A DNA stretch of 64,000 bases from Squalus acanthias (Eukaryota): contig CM059433.1 in assembly GCA_030390025.1 (NCBI GenBank), positions 27,220,001 to 27,284,000 of the forward strand, given 5' to 3'. The position numbers were made by a program, and so were the translations under genes. Positions 25,204 to 36,935 of this stretch are shown here, in pieces. The number at the start of each line of letters is the position of its first letter. Positions within the stretch are counted from its first letter, which is position 1. The notes beneath the pieces are model-generated. The model ran no database searches. It saw nothing but the letters and a program-made list of their open reading frames with translations, and was not told the origin of the DNA.

Positions 25204-26015
25204 TATACAGCACAGAAATAGACCATTCGGCCCAACTAGTCTGTGCTGGTGTTTATACTCCACACAAGGTCTCCTCCCATTCCATCTACCTCATCTCAGC
25301 CTTTCAGCATATCTTTCTATTCCTTTTTCTCTCATGCACTCCTAGTTTCCTGTTGAAAACATCTAAGCTATTTGCCTCAACCACTTCCTGTGGTAGTGAG
25401 TTCCACATTCTAACCACTGAGTAAAGAAATTTCTTCTTATTTCCCTGTTGGATTTATTAGCAACTATCTTGTAGTTATGTCCTCTAGTTTCGCGATTCTC
25501 CCACAAGAGGAAACATTCTCTGCACATCTACCCTGTCCAACCCATTCATAATTTTAAAGACCTCTATCAGGTCTCCTCTAAGTCTTCTCTTTTCTAAAGA
25601 ACAAAACCCCAACATGTTCAATCTTTCCCAATAGCTGTAATCTCTCAGTTCTAGTACCATCCTTGTAAATCTTTTTTGCACTTTCTCCAGTGCTTCTATA
25701 TCCTTTTTATAGTATTGAGACCAGAACAGTACTCTAACTGAAGCCTGACTAAGGTCCTATACAAGTGAAACGTAACTTCACCACTTTTGAATTCTATACC
25801 CCTAGAAATAAATCCCAGTGCTTTGTTAGCATTTCCTGACCTGCGATGCCGCTTATAATGATTTGTTCCCTAAATCCCTTTACTCTTCTACCCTATTCAG
25901 TTTCTTATTTTCTAAGGTGTAGGTGATGTTTATATTTTTCCTACCAAAGTGCATCACCTCACATTTATCTATGTTAAAGTTCATTTGCCACTTAACTGCC
26001 CAGTTTGCAAGATTG
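25204..26015 (-). mobile_element. Older CR1 3' fragment
   Basis: QKRFTRMV...RRLRGDLIEVFKIM on the minus strand. Confidence 0.85.
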
Positions 26016-27129
26016 TGAAGGGCCAAGAAATGGAGGTTCTATGATACCTGAGGCACTTTGGTCCCAACTGTTATAACCAAACTAGACACATCAGAGATCT
26101 ACATTGCCAAGACAGACTGCCACAGAGTTGTATAATCTGCTGCAATGACCTACAGAGCTGATTTTCCCCTCCTTTGCACCCCACGTGTGCCTGTTTCTGG
26201 GGATCAAAGCAGAGGGAAAAGAGACACAGACCAGCTAACTGCAGTCTCAGCTCCCTTGTCATTACATGTGCATTTCCCAGGATATCCCCTACCATGGGTA
26301 GAGAACTCCCGCCTGAAACAATACAAATATGCGAGAGTTGCATCAAAATACCTCCCGCATTATTTTGGTGGATTTCTGCCTAGCAGACACCAAGAAAGCA
26401 ACTCGCCCAATGAAAATGAGCCTTAGAAGTTGAGCCCAGCCCCTTCAGATCACAGGATCTGAAATACTGCTGCCAACAACATCCAGATGGGTAAGCTATT
26501 GTTTCTATGGGTCGGCAAAGAGAAGCAACAGGACTGGAGGCCATTAGGCTGCTGTGTTTGAAGACTTTGTAGGCAGAGGGCAGTACCACTGCTACAGGCT
26601 TCTCAGGTCAAGTTCCCTCCCTGAAGCTAGGGCATCAACCCATTCCCAGGAGAGATTCAGTGAAGACCAGGGCATGCTAATTAGTTGAAGTCATCTATTC
26701 TTTCAGGTTCAGCTCCACTTCATTTCACTCCACTCCAGTCAGACAGTTTGGCAGCACCTCCCCCGATGCCCCCCACCCCCAACAGTAAGCAGCACCTCAG
26801 CCCCTGGCCCCCTCACCTCTATCATCACTGCCCCATTCCCCTCTTCTCCTACTGGCCAGCATCTTGGCCTTCCCCCCATCCCCTTCCACTAAGCAGCACT
26901 TCAGCTTCTGCCCCCCTCAATAATCAGGGAAATCATCCCTGCCACACTCTAATCTCGCCCACCCCAAGCGACCAAATAAATCCTCCATGGTCCACTGTAA
27001 CCTTCACATCCCAGTGTTAGAGGCAAATGTCCATCACCAGTCATAAACTCTCCTCCCAACTCCACCAAGCCGGGAAATCGTTCCCATCCCGCTCCAACTA
27101 CCCCATCCCAAGTAAATTGTTCCTGGCCT

Positions 27130-27390
27130 ACTGCCCCCTTGCTCCACCAATCATGCAAACATGCTCCACTCGCTCCTCCCCCTGTCATCCTCCTCTTCCC
27201 AACTTCTTCTCTCCCTCTTCCCGTTTCCACTCATCCACCATCACTGTCCCCTTCCCCCAATTTCCACCCTCCTTGCCCCATCCTCCTCACACTTCCCTCT
27301 CTCCCTCTATCCTCTTTCCCTCTTCCTCCTCTTCTCTTCTCTCCTCGTCCCCATCTCTATTGCCTCCTGTACTTCACACCGGCCCCTTCT
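27130..27390. repeat. Polypyrimidine (C/T-rich) low-complexity tract
   Basis: Direct composition. Confidence 0.7.
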
Positions 27391-27775
27391 CTGACGCTAC
27401 TTGACCTGAATATTGCACGTGGTCTTAACTCCCAGTGTGTAATGCCACAGGAGATTGACTATTTTGACTATGGTCGTGTCCACTAGTGGATAAAGACCAT
27501 AACATTTAACAACATGTAGCATCACTGGCTTAATTCCAGCAGGAGTCATTTTTCTGACAACAGACATTAATCATCCTCTATACATGTCCAAAATATAAGT
27601 AAGCAACCATTTAAGATTCCTACTCACGAAATGAAGCCTGAGGTTTTCTTTTGGTAATCTGTGACATGCACACTTCCAACAAATAGTTCCAAGTTTCATT
27701 ACTTTTTATAACACTATTTTTAGATCACTCATAATTAAGTTACGCAGGTTTTTAGGGGCTCACTTATATAACTTT

Positions 27776-27812
27776 AGTTCTGACGAAAGGTCATCGGCCT
27801 GAAACGTTAACT
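27776..27812 (+). ncRNA. Minimal type-I hammerhead ribozyme
   Basis: agtt-CTGACGA-a-aggtc(atc)ggcct-GAAA-cg-tt-aact: conserved core, stem II, stem I agtt/aact, palindromic AACGTT at stem III. Confidence 0.78.
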
Positions 27813-27883
27813 CTGTTTCTCTCTTCACAGATGCTGCCTGACCTGCTGAGTATCTCCAGCATTTTCTGTTTCTATTTTATATC
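27779..27883 (+). mobile_element. 105-bp hammerhead-bearing mini-element, probably Penelope-derived
   Basis: 13-bp TSD ATATAACTTTAGT (27766-27778 and 27884-27896); the insert begins at the hammerhead core. Confidence 0.82.
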
Positions 27884-28502
27884 ATATAACTTTAGTATCT
27901 GACTCACCCCTTGTCTCCACAACTGTTTGGCTTCTACCTTCAATGCCCTCATATCCTGTATAGTTTCCTATCCCTGTTGTTCTCTCAGTACAATAGCTTG
28001 GGGCCCAACCCATGGACCGTAAACTCAAGTGCATATGACACAAAACTGGCTTGGCTATCCACCACCAGATTTGGCTTGGCCACTTCAAGGTGTAGTATTA
28101 CTCCCTTTCCACTGCTAAATCTGCTTATTACACTAAGAGTATGGTAGCATAGTAGTTATGCTACTGGACTAGTAATCCAGAGGCCTGGACTAACAATCCA
28201 GGGAATATGGCCGGAATTTTCTGTACCTGGGTGGGTCGGATGTGAGCGGTCGGCGTGGCAGGTCGTGACCCCATTGTTGCTTCCATCCCGCAAAAGAAAT
28301 CGACTTTGCACTAATGGGGCCTATTAAGCCCGCCCTGCGCGTTACCCGGCCCTATTAAATGGTGCAGGTCTGATGACGTTATCCACGACGTGTTTTCAGC
28401 CGGGTTATTTAAAGGAGCCATGGCCACATTGCATTTGAAGGTTCAGCTAGGAGTGTGCAGACAGCACACTGGAGGTTTCCATTGCTCCAACCAGTTGTAG
28501 AG

Positions 28503-30069
28503 ATGGCTGCACAGAGGCAGAGGGCTGCACCCAGGTTCTCCAATGACTTCCTCCATATGCTTGTGGAGGGAATCAGAGCACGCAGGGAGGTCCTCTTCCC
28601 TTCCAATGGGCGGAAGAGACCTCCCCAGGAGACAAAAAGAGCCTGGCTCCAAATTGCAGAGGTCAACAGCAGGGATGTATTCAGGAGGACCTGGGTGCAG
28701 TGCCGGAAACGTTTCAATGATCTCAATTGATCTGGAAAGGTGAATACAAAGCCACACTCAACTTCATCCTGCTGTGCCTCTCATCACATCCCCATCACTC
28801 TGCCTTCCCTACCATACTCCTGCACATCCTTACTCACACCAACATACCTTGCACCTCCACCCATCCCTCTCTCTCTATCTACATTATCACAGAGGGGGAC
28901 ATCTCAGCAACCTGGTGACAGAATTGCATATCATACAGCTACGTGGCATACATCAGTCACTCATATGGGGACTGATGTCATCAGCCACTGAATGGTCATC
29001 ATGTGCATAATGGTATGTGTACCCATTCTTCATATGGCATATCTAACTCATCTCTTTACTCTCCCACAGGTCCATCAAGACCCCCCCCGCCCCCCCCCCC
29101 GACCCCCACTGTCCAGGAGGAAGAGCAAGACGACTCCTCAGAGGAGCCTCCAGCCTCAGAGGGCGCAGCAGCACCAGCACAGAGAGGCACAGCTCGGTGG
29201 GTCCCACGTGAGATAGAGTAGTGTTGTCACCGGGTCCATCACAAGTCACAAGTGAGCAAGAGCAGATGGTGGAGACAGGGACAGCAGTGGAGACGCCTCG
29301 CCGGAGGGCGCAGGAAACTCCCAGCTCTACTCAGCTGCGAGCAGATGCTGAGCCTCGGGGGCTATCCAGAAAGAGGGCAATCCTGGAGGTGCAGAAAGAA
29401 GTGCAGGAGGCTCTGACAGGTTTTGCGACCGCGGTGTCCGCAAATGTTCAAAGAATGGAGGAGTCCATCTCCAAAATGAGCACCACCTTGTCGCAGGTGA
29501 TGGTGACTGTAGGCTCTTCCATGGATAGGATGGCCACCTGCATGGAGCAGCTAATGCGCCACTCACAGGAGCACATGGTCTCTATGGAGATAGATGGCTA
29601 TCTATGGAGAATAGATGGCTATCTATGGAGCATAGATGGCAGAGGCTCATGATCTCCTGTTTAGTAGAGATGTCAGTGTAGACGTGGATCCTCATGGCCC
29701 CACTGATGAGCAGCAAGGTGCTCTCCAGCTCCTTGCTAGCAGGGAAGTGCGGGTGGCCCATGAGATGGATGACGGTGAGAGGGAAGTGTGGGCTCCTCTC
29801 AAAGCGCTTACACTTCTCCCCTGTTGCCATCCCCTCAGTCAGAGCCCCAGATGGCTCCTCAGATCACGATAGCCGAGTTTACCCCTGCACCGTCGCAGAA
29901 GGAGTAGACTTTGACAGGGCCATCACAGGCTCCAAAACCCAGAGGACGTCCGCCAAGAGTGTCTAAGCAGTCGCAGCAGGGAAGTGAGCAGGCTGCCTCT
30001 ACCTCTGCTGAAGCCACAGGGGTAGCACCTCATAGAAGTACGCAGAAGAGAAAGATGACACACAAGTAG
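28503..30069 (+). pseudogene. Spliced Myb/SANT-like DNA-binding gene of Harbinger A (exon 1 28503-28739; exon 2 mostly deleted; exon 3 from 29070)
   Basis: MAAQRQRAAPRFS...AWLQIA...RTWVQCRKRFNDL; donor aag|gtgaat; acceptor ctcccacag|; coiled-coil-like exon 3; premature stops. Confidence 0.85.
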
Positions 30070-30366
30070 ATTCACAAGGGTAGCCACTAGGGTATTTTAG
30101 TCAATATTAATGGCAAGTTTCCGTTAATGTATTGTCAACCATTAAAATCTTTATTTTCACCACTTTCCCGTCTTGGACACATTTGTGCACACCTTTAGAA
30201 GTGGCTTAGTGAGTTGCAGTGAATGGTGAGACATAACATTACCTTCAGCAACGGTGGTCAGTGTGAAAGGAATGGCTTGGTTATTGTAGGGATCCTTTAT
30301 GGTGTTGCTGTGGGGTGGTGCCAACCTGGTGCAGCAGGTGGCAGCCACATGGTGTACTGCGTAAAG

Positions 30367-33253
30367 TTAAGTAAATCTGGCCCTGATGAGGTCATCCCTG
30401 GCCTCTCGGGCAGCAATGTGCTCGGATGCTGGTGGGATCTGGCCCGCAGGTGCCTCCACCTCCTCGTCTTCCAGCTAATGCTCCTCTTCCTCTGAAGAGG
30501 CTGTGCGCTCAGTGCCTTGCTCCTCATGCAGCGCTAATCCTCGTTGCAGTGCTATGTTGTGCAGGGCGCAACAGACCATGACGATTCTGGAGACCCTGGC
30601 TGATGAGTACTGGGAAAAACCTCCCAGAAATACGAGAAAACCAAGGGTATGGCGAGAATGAGGAACTTAAAGAAATTATTATTAGTAAAAAAACAGTACT
30701 AGCAAAATTAATGGGACTAAAAGTCGCTAAATCTCAAGGACCGGATGACCTACATCCTAGGGTTTTGAAAGAGGTGGCTATTGGGATAGTGGACGCATTG
30801 GTTGTCATCTTCCAAAATTCTATAGATTCTGGAACAGTTCCTGCAGATTGGAGGATAGCAAATGTAAGCCCGCTATTTAAGAAAGGAGGGAGAGAGAAAA
30901 CGGGGAACTACAGACCTGTTAGCCTCACATCAGTAGTTGGGAAAATGCTGGAATCTATTATAAAGCTGCAATAACTGGGCACTTAGAAACTAATAGTAAG
31001 ATTGGGCAGAGTCAACATGGATTTATGAAAGGGAAGTCCTGTTTGACAAACCTATTAGAGTTCTTTGAGGATGTAACTAGTGGAGTAGACAAAGGGGAAC
31101 CGGTAGATGTGGTGTATTTGGATTTTCAGAAGGCCTTCGACAAGGTCCCACACAAGAGGTTGGTGAGCAAAATTAGGGCACATGGAATTGGGGGTAATAT
31201 ACTAGCATGGATTGAGAATTGGTTAACAGACAGAAAACAAAGAGTAGGGATGAACGGGTCTTTTTCAGGATGGCAGGCTGTGACTAGTGGGGTACCGCAA
31301 GGATCGGTGCTTGGGCCCCAGCTATTCACAATCTAATATCAATGATTTGGCTGAGGGGACTAAATGTAACATTTCCAAATTTGCTGATGACACAAAGCTA
31401 GGTGGCAGTGTCAGTTGTGAAGAGGATGTGAAGAGACTTCAAGGGGATCTCGACAGGCTCAGTGAGTGTGCGAGAACATGGCAGATGGGTTATAATGTGG
31501 ATAAATGTGAAGTTATCCACTTTGGTAGAAAAAACAGAAAGGCAGAGTATTTCCTAAATGGTGAAAGATTGGAGAATGCATATGCTCAAAGGGACCTGGG
31601 TGTCCTTGTACATGAGTCACTGAAAGTGAATGTGCAGGTGCAGCAAGCCATTAGGAAGGCAAATGGTATGTTGGCCTTCATTACAAGAGGATTTGAGTAC
31701 AGGAGTAAAGAAGTCTTACTCCAATTATATAGGGCCTTGGTGAGACCACACCTGGAGTACTGTGTACAATTTTGGTCTCCTTACCTAAGGAAGGATATAC
31801 TTGCCATAGAGGGAGTGCAACGAAGGTTCACGAGATTGATTCCTGGGATGGTGTGACTGTCGTATGAGAAGAGATTGAGTAAACTAGGCCTGTATTCTCT
31901 TGAATTCAGAAGAATGAGAGGGGATCTCATTGAAGCATGCAAAATTATTACAGGGCTTGATAGGGTGGATGCTGGGAGAATGTTTCCCTTGGCTGGGGAG
32001 TCTAGAACCAGGGGCCACAGCCTCAGGGTAGGCCATTCAGGACTGAGATGAGAAGAAATTTCTTCACACAGAGGGTGGTGAATCTTTGGAATTCTCTATC
32101 CCAGAGGGCTGTGGAGGCTCAGTCATTGGGTATATTCAAAACAGAAGTCGATAGATTTCTGACTAGTAAGGGCATCAAGGGATATGGCGATACGGCCGGT
32201 GAATGGAATTGAAGCAGAAGATCAGCCATGATCTCATTGAATGGCGGAGCAGGCTCGAAGGGCCGAATGGCCTACTCCTGCTCCTATTTCTTATGTTCTC
32301 CAGATCTGTCAAAGCATCTGAAGCGCATTTTGAGCATGCTTATTGTCTGCTCTATGACACATCTGGTGGAAATGTGGCTTTCATTGTATCTCTCCTGGGC
32401 CTCAATACTTGGCCTCCTCAAGGGTGTCATGAGCCACGTCTTCAGTGGATAGCCCTTGTCTCCAAGCAGCATGCCAGAAAGTCTATTTGGAGGAGCGAAG
32501 AGCTGAGGGAGGCTGGACTGGTGAAGGACGAAAAAGTCATGGCAGCTGCCAGGGAATTTGGCATACACATGCATGATGATCTTCCTATGGTTGCAGACCA
32601 GCTGCACATTGAGGGAGTGGAAACCCTTGCGGTTGACAAAGACTCCTGGGTGATGATGGGGTGCCCTGATGGCCACATGTGTGCAGTCGATGACGCCCTG
32701 TACTCGTGGGAAGCATGTCAGAGTGGCAAAGATGAGCGCCCGCTCAGTAACATAAGTATATATATAATTGGCTGACTTGTCAAAGAGGGGATCAGTGACC
32801 TGTGTGATGCATCTGTGGGCGGCTGACTGCGAGATGCCGCAAATGTCTGCTGCAGATCCCTGGAAGGAGCCTGAGGCGAAAAAGTTGAGGGCGCTGGTGA
32901 CTTTGACAGCCACTGGTAAAGTGTGTCCACCCACTCCTCTGGGCTCTAGGTCTTGCTCGAGAAATGTGCAAATGTCTGCGATGACCTGGCGCGATAGCCT
33001 GAGCCTCCTTTGTCACTGCTGCTCAGTCATGTTGAGGAAGCTCATCTTCTGCCTGTATACCATGTTGGGGGTATCGCCTCCGGCGCGGTGCAGCCCTGCA
33101 CTGATGCCCTCTGTCCTGTGCAGCATCAGGTGGTTGAGGAGAAGGTTGGTGGTGTTGTTGTTGGTGCTGCTGGTGTGCCTGGTGCTGCTGGTGTTGAGGC
33201 TCATCGTGGTCCGATTCTGAGAACCAAGGTGAGACAGTATAAACAGCACCCAT
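30367..33253 (-). pseudogene. Harbinger A transposase, frameshifted and interrupted by CR1 30613-32299
   Basis: MGAVY... start; [23 protein letters not shown]; resumes after the CR1 as QYSSARVSRIVMVCCALHN...ARFT*. Confidence 0.9.
30613..32299 (+). mobile_element. 5'-truncated CR1 LINE inside the Harbinger A transposase
   Basis: RT motifs NYRPVSLTS, GVPQGSVLGP, FADD; tail cctatttcttatgttct; a few transposase bases are missing at the junction. Confidence 0.95.
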
Positions 33254-34711
33254 GCTGATGGAATAGATGGCAGGTCAGGTAGAGATCAGAGGAGCAAGCT
33301 GTCAATGGACTGATAGGTTGTAAGAATGAGGTGAGACTGGATGGCGACTTTGCTGGAAGCACTTGCAGCCTGTAGAAAGCTAAATATGTGCTGGGAATGC
33401 AGCCAGCAAAAGCTCCTGCCTGAGGAAAGTGATCAGCTGTGAGGTGGGAGGTGTTATAGTACATTTCATGCTGTCAGCTAATCAGCTGGAGCAATGGCCA
33501 CTCAACTCTCGCCTCAGGCTGACAGACGTGGTTCCCGAGCTGCGTGAATCCCGTGGGAAGCCAGGGAAATTCAAAAGGTAGGCTGAAAAAGGCTCTTAAT
33601 AGTCTGACAACTACCTGTTAATGTTTTGAATTAGGTTGCCCGCCTCTGCCGGTCGGGTCGCTGCCGCACCGCTAAACACGCCCGAGGGAAAGGCGCGGGG
33701 TGGGGGGGCGGGGGGCGGTGCGGGGGGGGGATGACGGCGGAATCCCGACCCACTGCAACTTTTTTCAAATTTACAACGCGACCCACATGGACCCCAGAAA
33801 ATTCCAGCCTATGAGTTCAAATCACACTTTGGCTTTTTGAAAAGCTGAATTCAATTTTTTAAAAAAAGCTTGCATCAGTAAAAGTGGGCATGAAGTTGTT
33901 GGATTATTGTAAAAAACTAACTGGTTCACTAATGTCCTTTAGGAAAGGAAACATGCTGTCCTTACCTGGTCAATGTGGTTGACTCTTAACTGCCCTCTGA
34001 AGTGGCCTAGCAAGCCACTAAGTTGTATCAAGCTGCTACTAGTTCAAGAAAAAGGCCCACCACCACCTTCTCAGGGGCAACTAGGGATGGGAAATAAATA
34101 CCAGGCTTGCCAGCTACACCCACATGCCAAGAATAATTTTTTTAAATCATTCTGGGGAACTGAAAGAACTCCAAACTACTGACTCCAGTTTTATGGTTGT
34201 TAGTGACCAGGGTGAGCTCAAGTAGTTAGGGCCATTTTCATTAGAGAAATGCAGACTTGGAGGAGATATAGGCCTGGAACTTCCTCAGAGCTTTGCGAAG
34301 TAAAGATGGTGAAATGGGACCAAGTCTGAGGAATTTCCCAGCCATATTTGATATATTTAAAATAATAAAGCAATTAGATTGTCTGCTCAGTACGGTTATT
34401 TGAGATGGAGAGTGATAGAACTAAGGTGATTGTGTGTAGCATACATAGGCAAAGAGTTAGGTGAGATTTTTTGAAGCATTTCACAGAAAGACATTGGAAA
34501 AGATTACCAAAGTATGCAGTGAGTATAAATTCCCTAGAATCCTGCAAAAGGGAGCTGACCAATTTCTTGAGTGAGAAGCACGTTTTCAGTTATACAAGAT
34601 AAGTTGTTGGAAGCTGAGAATAGTGGGTTCATGACATACCGCAGTCCCCTGGAAGTTGCTTGATTGCCTTAGGGGGTCATATTTTTTCTGTGTTTTTTTT
34701 TAGCCTCTTCC

Positions 34712-36131
34712 AGGAACATAGGAACAGGAGTAGGCCATTCAGCCCCTCGAGCCTACTCTGCCATTCAATGAGATCATGGCTGATCTGCGACCTAACTCCA
34801 CATACACGCCTTTGGCCCATATCCCTTAATAACTTTGGTTAACAGAAAGCTATCAATCTCCGATTTAAAATTAACAATTGATCTGGCATTTGCAGAAGAC
34901 ACTTCCAAACTTCTACCACCCTTTGTGTGTAGAAGTGTTTCCTAATTTCACTCCTGAAAGGTCTGGCTCTTATTTTTAGACTGTGCACCTAGTCCTAGAA
35001 TCCCCAACCAGTGGAAATAGTTTCTATCTACCCTATTTGTTCCCCTTAATATCTTGAAAACTTCGATCAGATCACCCCTTAACCTTCTAAATTCTAGGGA
35101 ATACAACCCTAATTTGTGCAATCTCTCCTTGTAACTTAACCTTTGAAGTCTGGGTATCATTCTGGTAAACCTACGCTGCACTCCCTCCAAGGCCAAATAC
35201 CCTTCCTAAGGTCTGGTGCCCAGAACTGCTCACAGTACTCCAGGTGTGGTCTAACCAGGGTTTTGTATAGCTGCAGCATAGATTCTACCCCCTTATATCT
35301 AGTCCTCCAGATATAATGGCCAGCATCCCATTAACCTTTTTGATTATTTTCTGTACCTGTTCATGACATTTTAATGATCTATGTACCTGATCCCCAAGTC
35401 TCTTTGGACCTCCACTGTTTTTAGCTTTTCACCATTTAGAAAGTACCCTGTTCCATCCATTTAGGTCCAAAGTGGATGACCTCACATTTGCCTACATTAA
35501 AATCCATTTGCCACAGTTTTGCCCATTCACTTAATCTGTCGATATCCCTTTGTAATTTTAAGCTTCCATCTACACTGCCTACAATGCCACCTATCTTTGT
35601 GTCATCAGCAAATTTGGATATATGACTTTGTATGCCATCATCTAAGTCGTTAATAAATACAGTGAATAGTTGAGACCCCAACACAGATCCCTGTGGGGGA
35701 CCACTAGTCGCCTCCTGCCAATTTGAGTACCTACCCATTATCCCTACTGCCTGTCTCTTGCCGCTCAGCCAATTTCCTAACCAGGTTAATAATTTGCCCT
35801 CAATTCCATGGACTTCTACCTTAGTTAACAGTCTCTTATGTGGGACCTTATCAAATGCCTTCTGTAAGTCCATATAAATAACATCCATAGACATTCCCCT
35901 GTCCACTACTTTAGTCACCTCCTCAAAAAGTTCAATCAGGTTTGTCAGGCATGACCTACCTTTCACAAATCTATGCTGGCTCTCTCTAATCAACTGAAAA
36001 TTTTCCTTAATTATAGACTCTAGCAATTTCCCAACAACAGATGTTTGGCTAACTGGTCTATAGTTCCCTGGTTTCCTTCTCTCACCATTTTTAAATAGCG
36101 GAATGACATGCGCAATTTGCCAATCTAAAAG
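34712..36131 (-). mobile_element. CR1 LINE fragment
   Basis: ORF 35436-36140 with RT motifs; tail at 34712. Confidence 0.92.
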
Positions 36132-36309
36132 AGATTGCATGACAATGGGATGTGGGTCGAAGGTGTATGTTGCTACACCATGACTGGATGAAGTGGGTTT
36201 GATGGGCTGGATGGTCTTCCCATTGGACCATTCAGCCCCTCAAGCCTGCTTTGCCATTCAATTAGATCATGGCTGATCTGCACCTCCACTTACCTGCTGG
36301 ATCCAGTTT

Positions 36310-36935
36310 ACCTGCTTCACCCCCCCCGACCCTTCAAATCTCCCTGCCCCCACCGAGGCCCCCAATATCCCCCCTCCCCCGAGGCCCTTCCAACCTCCCC
36401 CCCAAGGCCCTTCCGATCTCCCCCCTACCAATGCCTCCGATCTCCTCCACCACCGTCTCTTCTGATCTCCCCTCCGAGACCCTTTCGATCTCCTCCCCGA
36501 AGCCCTTCCGATCTCCACCCCGAGCTCCCCAAACTCACCACCACCCCCCCGCCCCGAAGCCTCCAATCTCTTCCACTACTGACTCTTCCAAACTCCCCCC
36601 CCCCAACCCCTGAGGTCTCCGATCTCCTCCCCCAGCGACTCTTCCGTTCTCGCCCCCCAATCTCCCCTGCCCCCCCCCCCCGCCCCTCCCGAGGCCTTCG
36701 ATTCTCCACCACTGACACTTCCTATCTCCCCCTCGAGGCCTCCGATTCCTCACTCCCTCCTCTCCGCTCCCCGGCTGTGGCCTGGTGCCAAAGGCCTACC
36801 CGCCTGACAGCCAGCCAACCTCTAAAGCTGGCTGGCTGCGGACAGAAAACGGAGACAAAAAATGTTAATCAGATCCTGCCGTTAAATTCGGCAGGACCTG
36901 AGGGAAACCCGTTGCCCAATCTCAAAACAGCCCCC
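36310..36935. repeat. C-rich ccgatctcccc-type minisatellite within a MITE-like element
   Basis: Recurrent (t/c)ccgatctcc units; similar tract at 4430-4770; ends aaaacagcccc. Confidence 0.6.

Larger units (their letters stand above)
28209..33809. mobile_element. Harbinger A: both TIRs, Myb gene (+) and transposase (-) convergent; CR1 inserted in the transposase
   Basis: TIRs GGCCGGAATTTTCTG / CAGAAAATTCCAGCC; TSD TAT (28206-28208 and 33810-33812). Confidence 0.93.
28141..34145 (+). mobile_element. Second copy of the same SINE, split by Harbinger A (28141-28208 and 33810-34145)
   Basis: The head resumes as tatgagttcaaatc after the TAT TSD; same core and tail as 11565-11965. Confidence 0.85.

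Noticed and set aside
26685..27486. Pro/Ser-rich ORFs
   Set aside because: Low-complexity pyrimidine tract.
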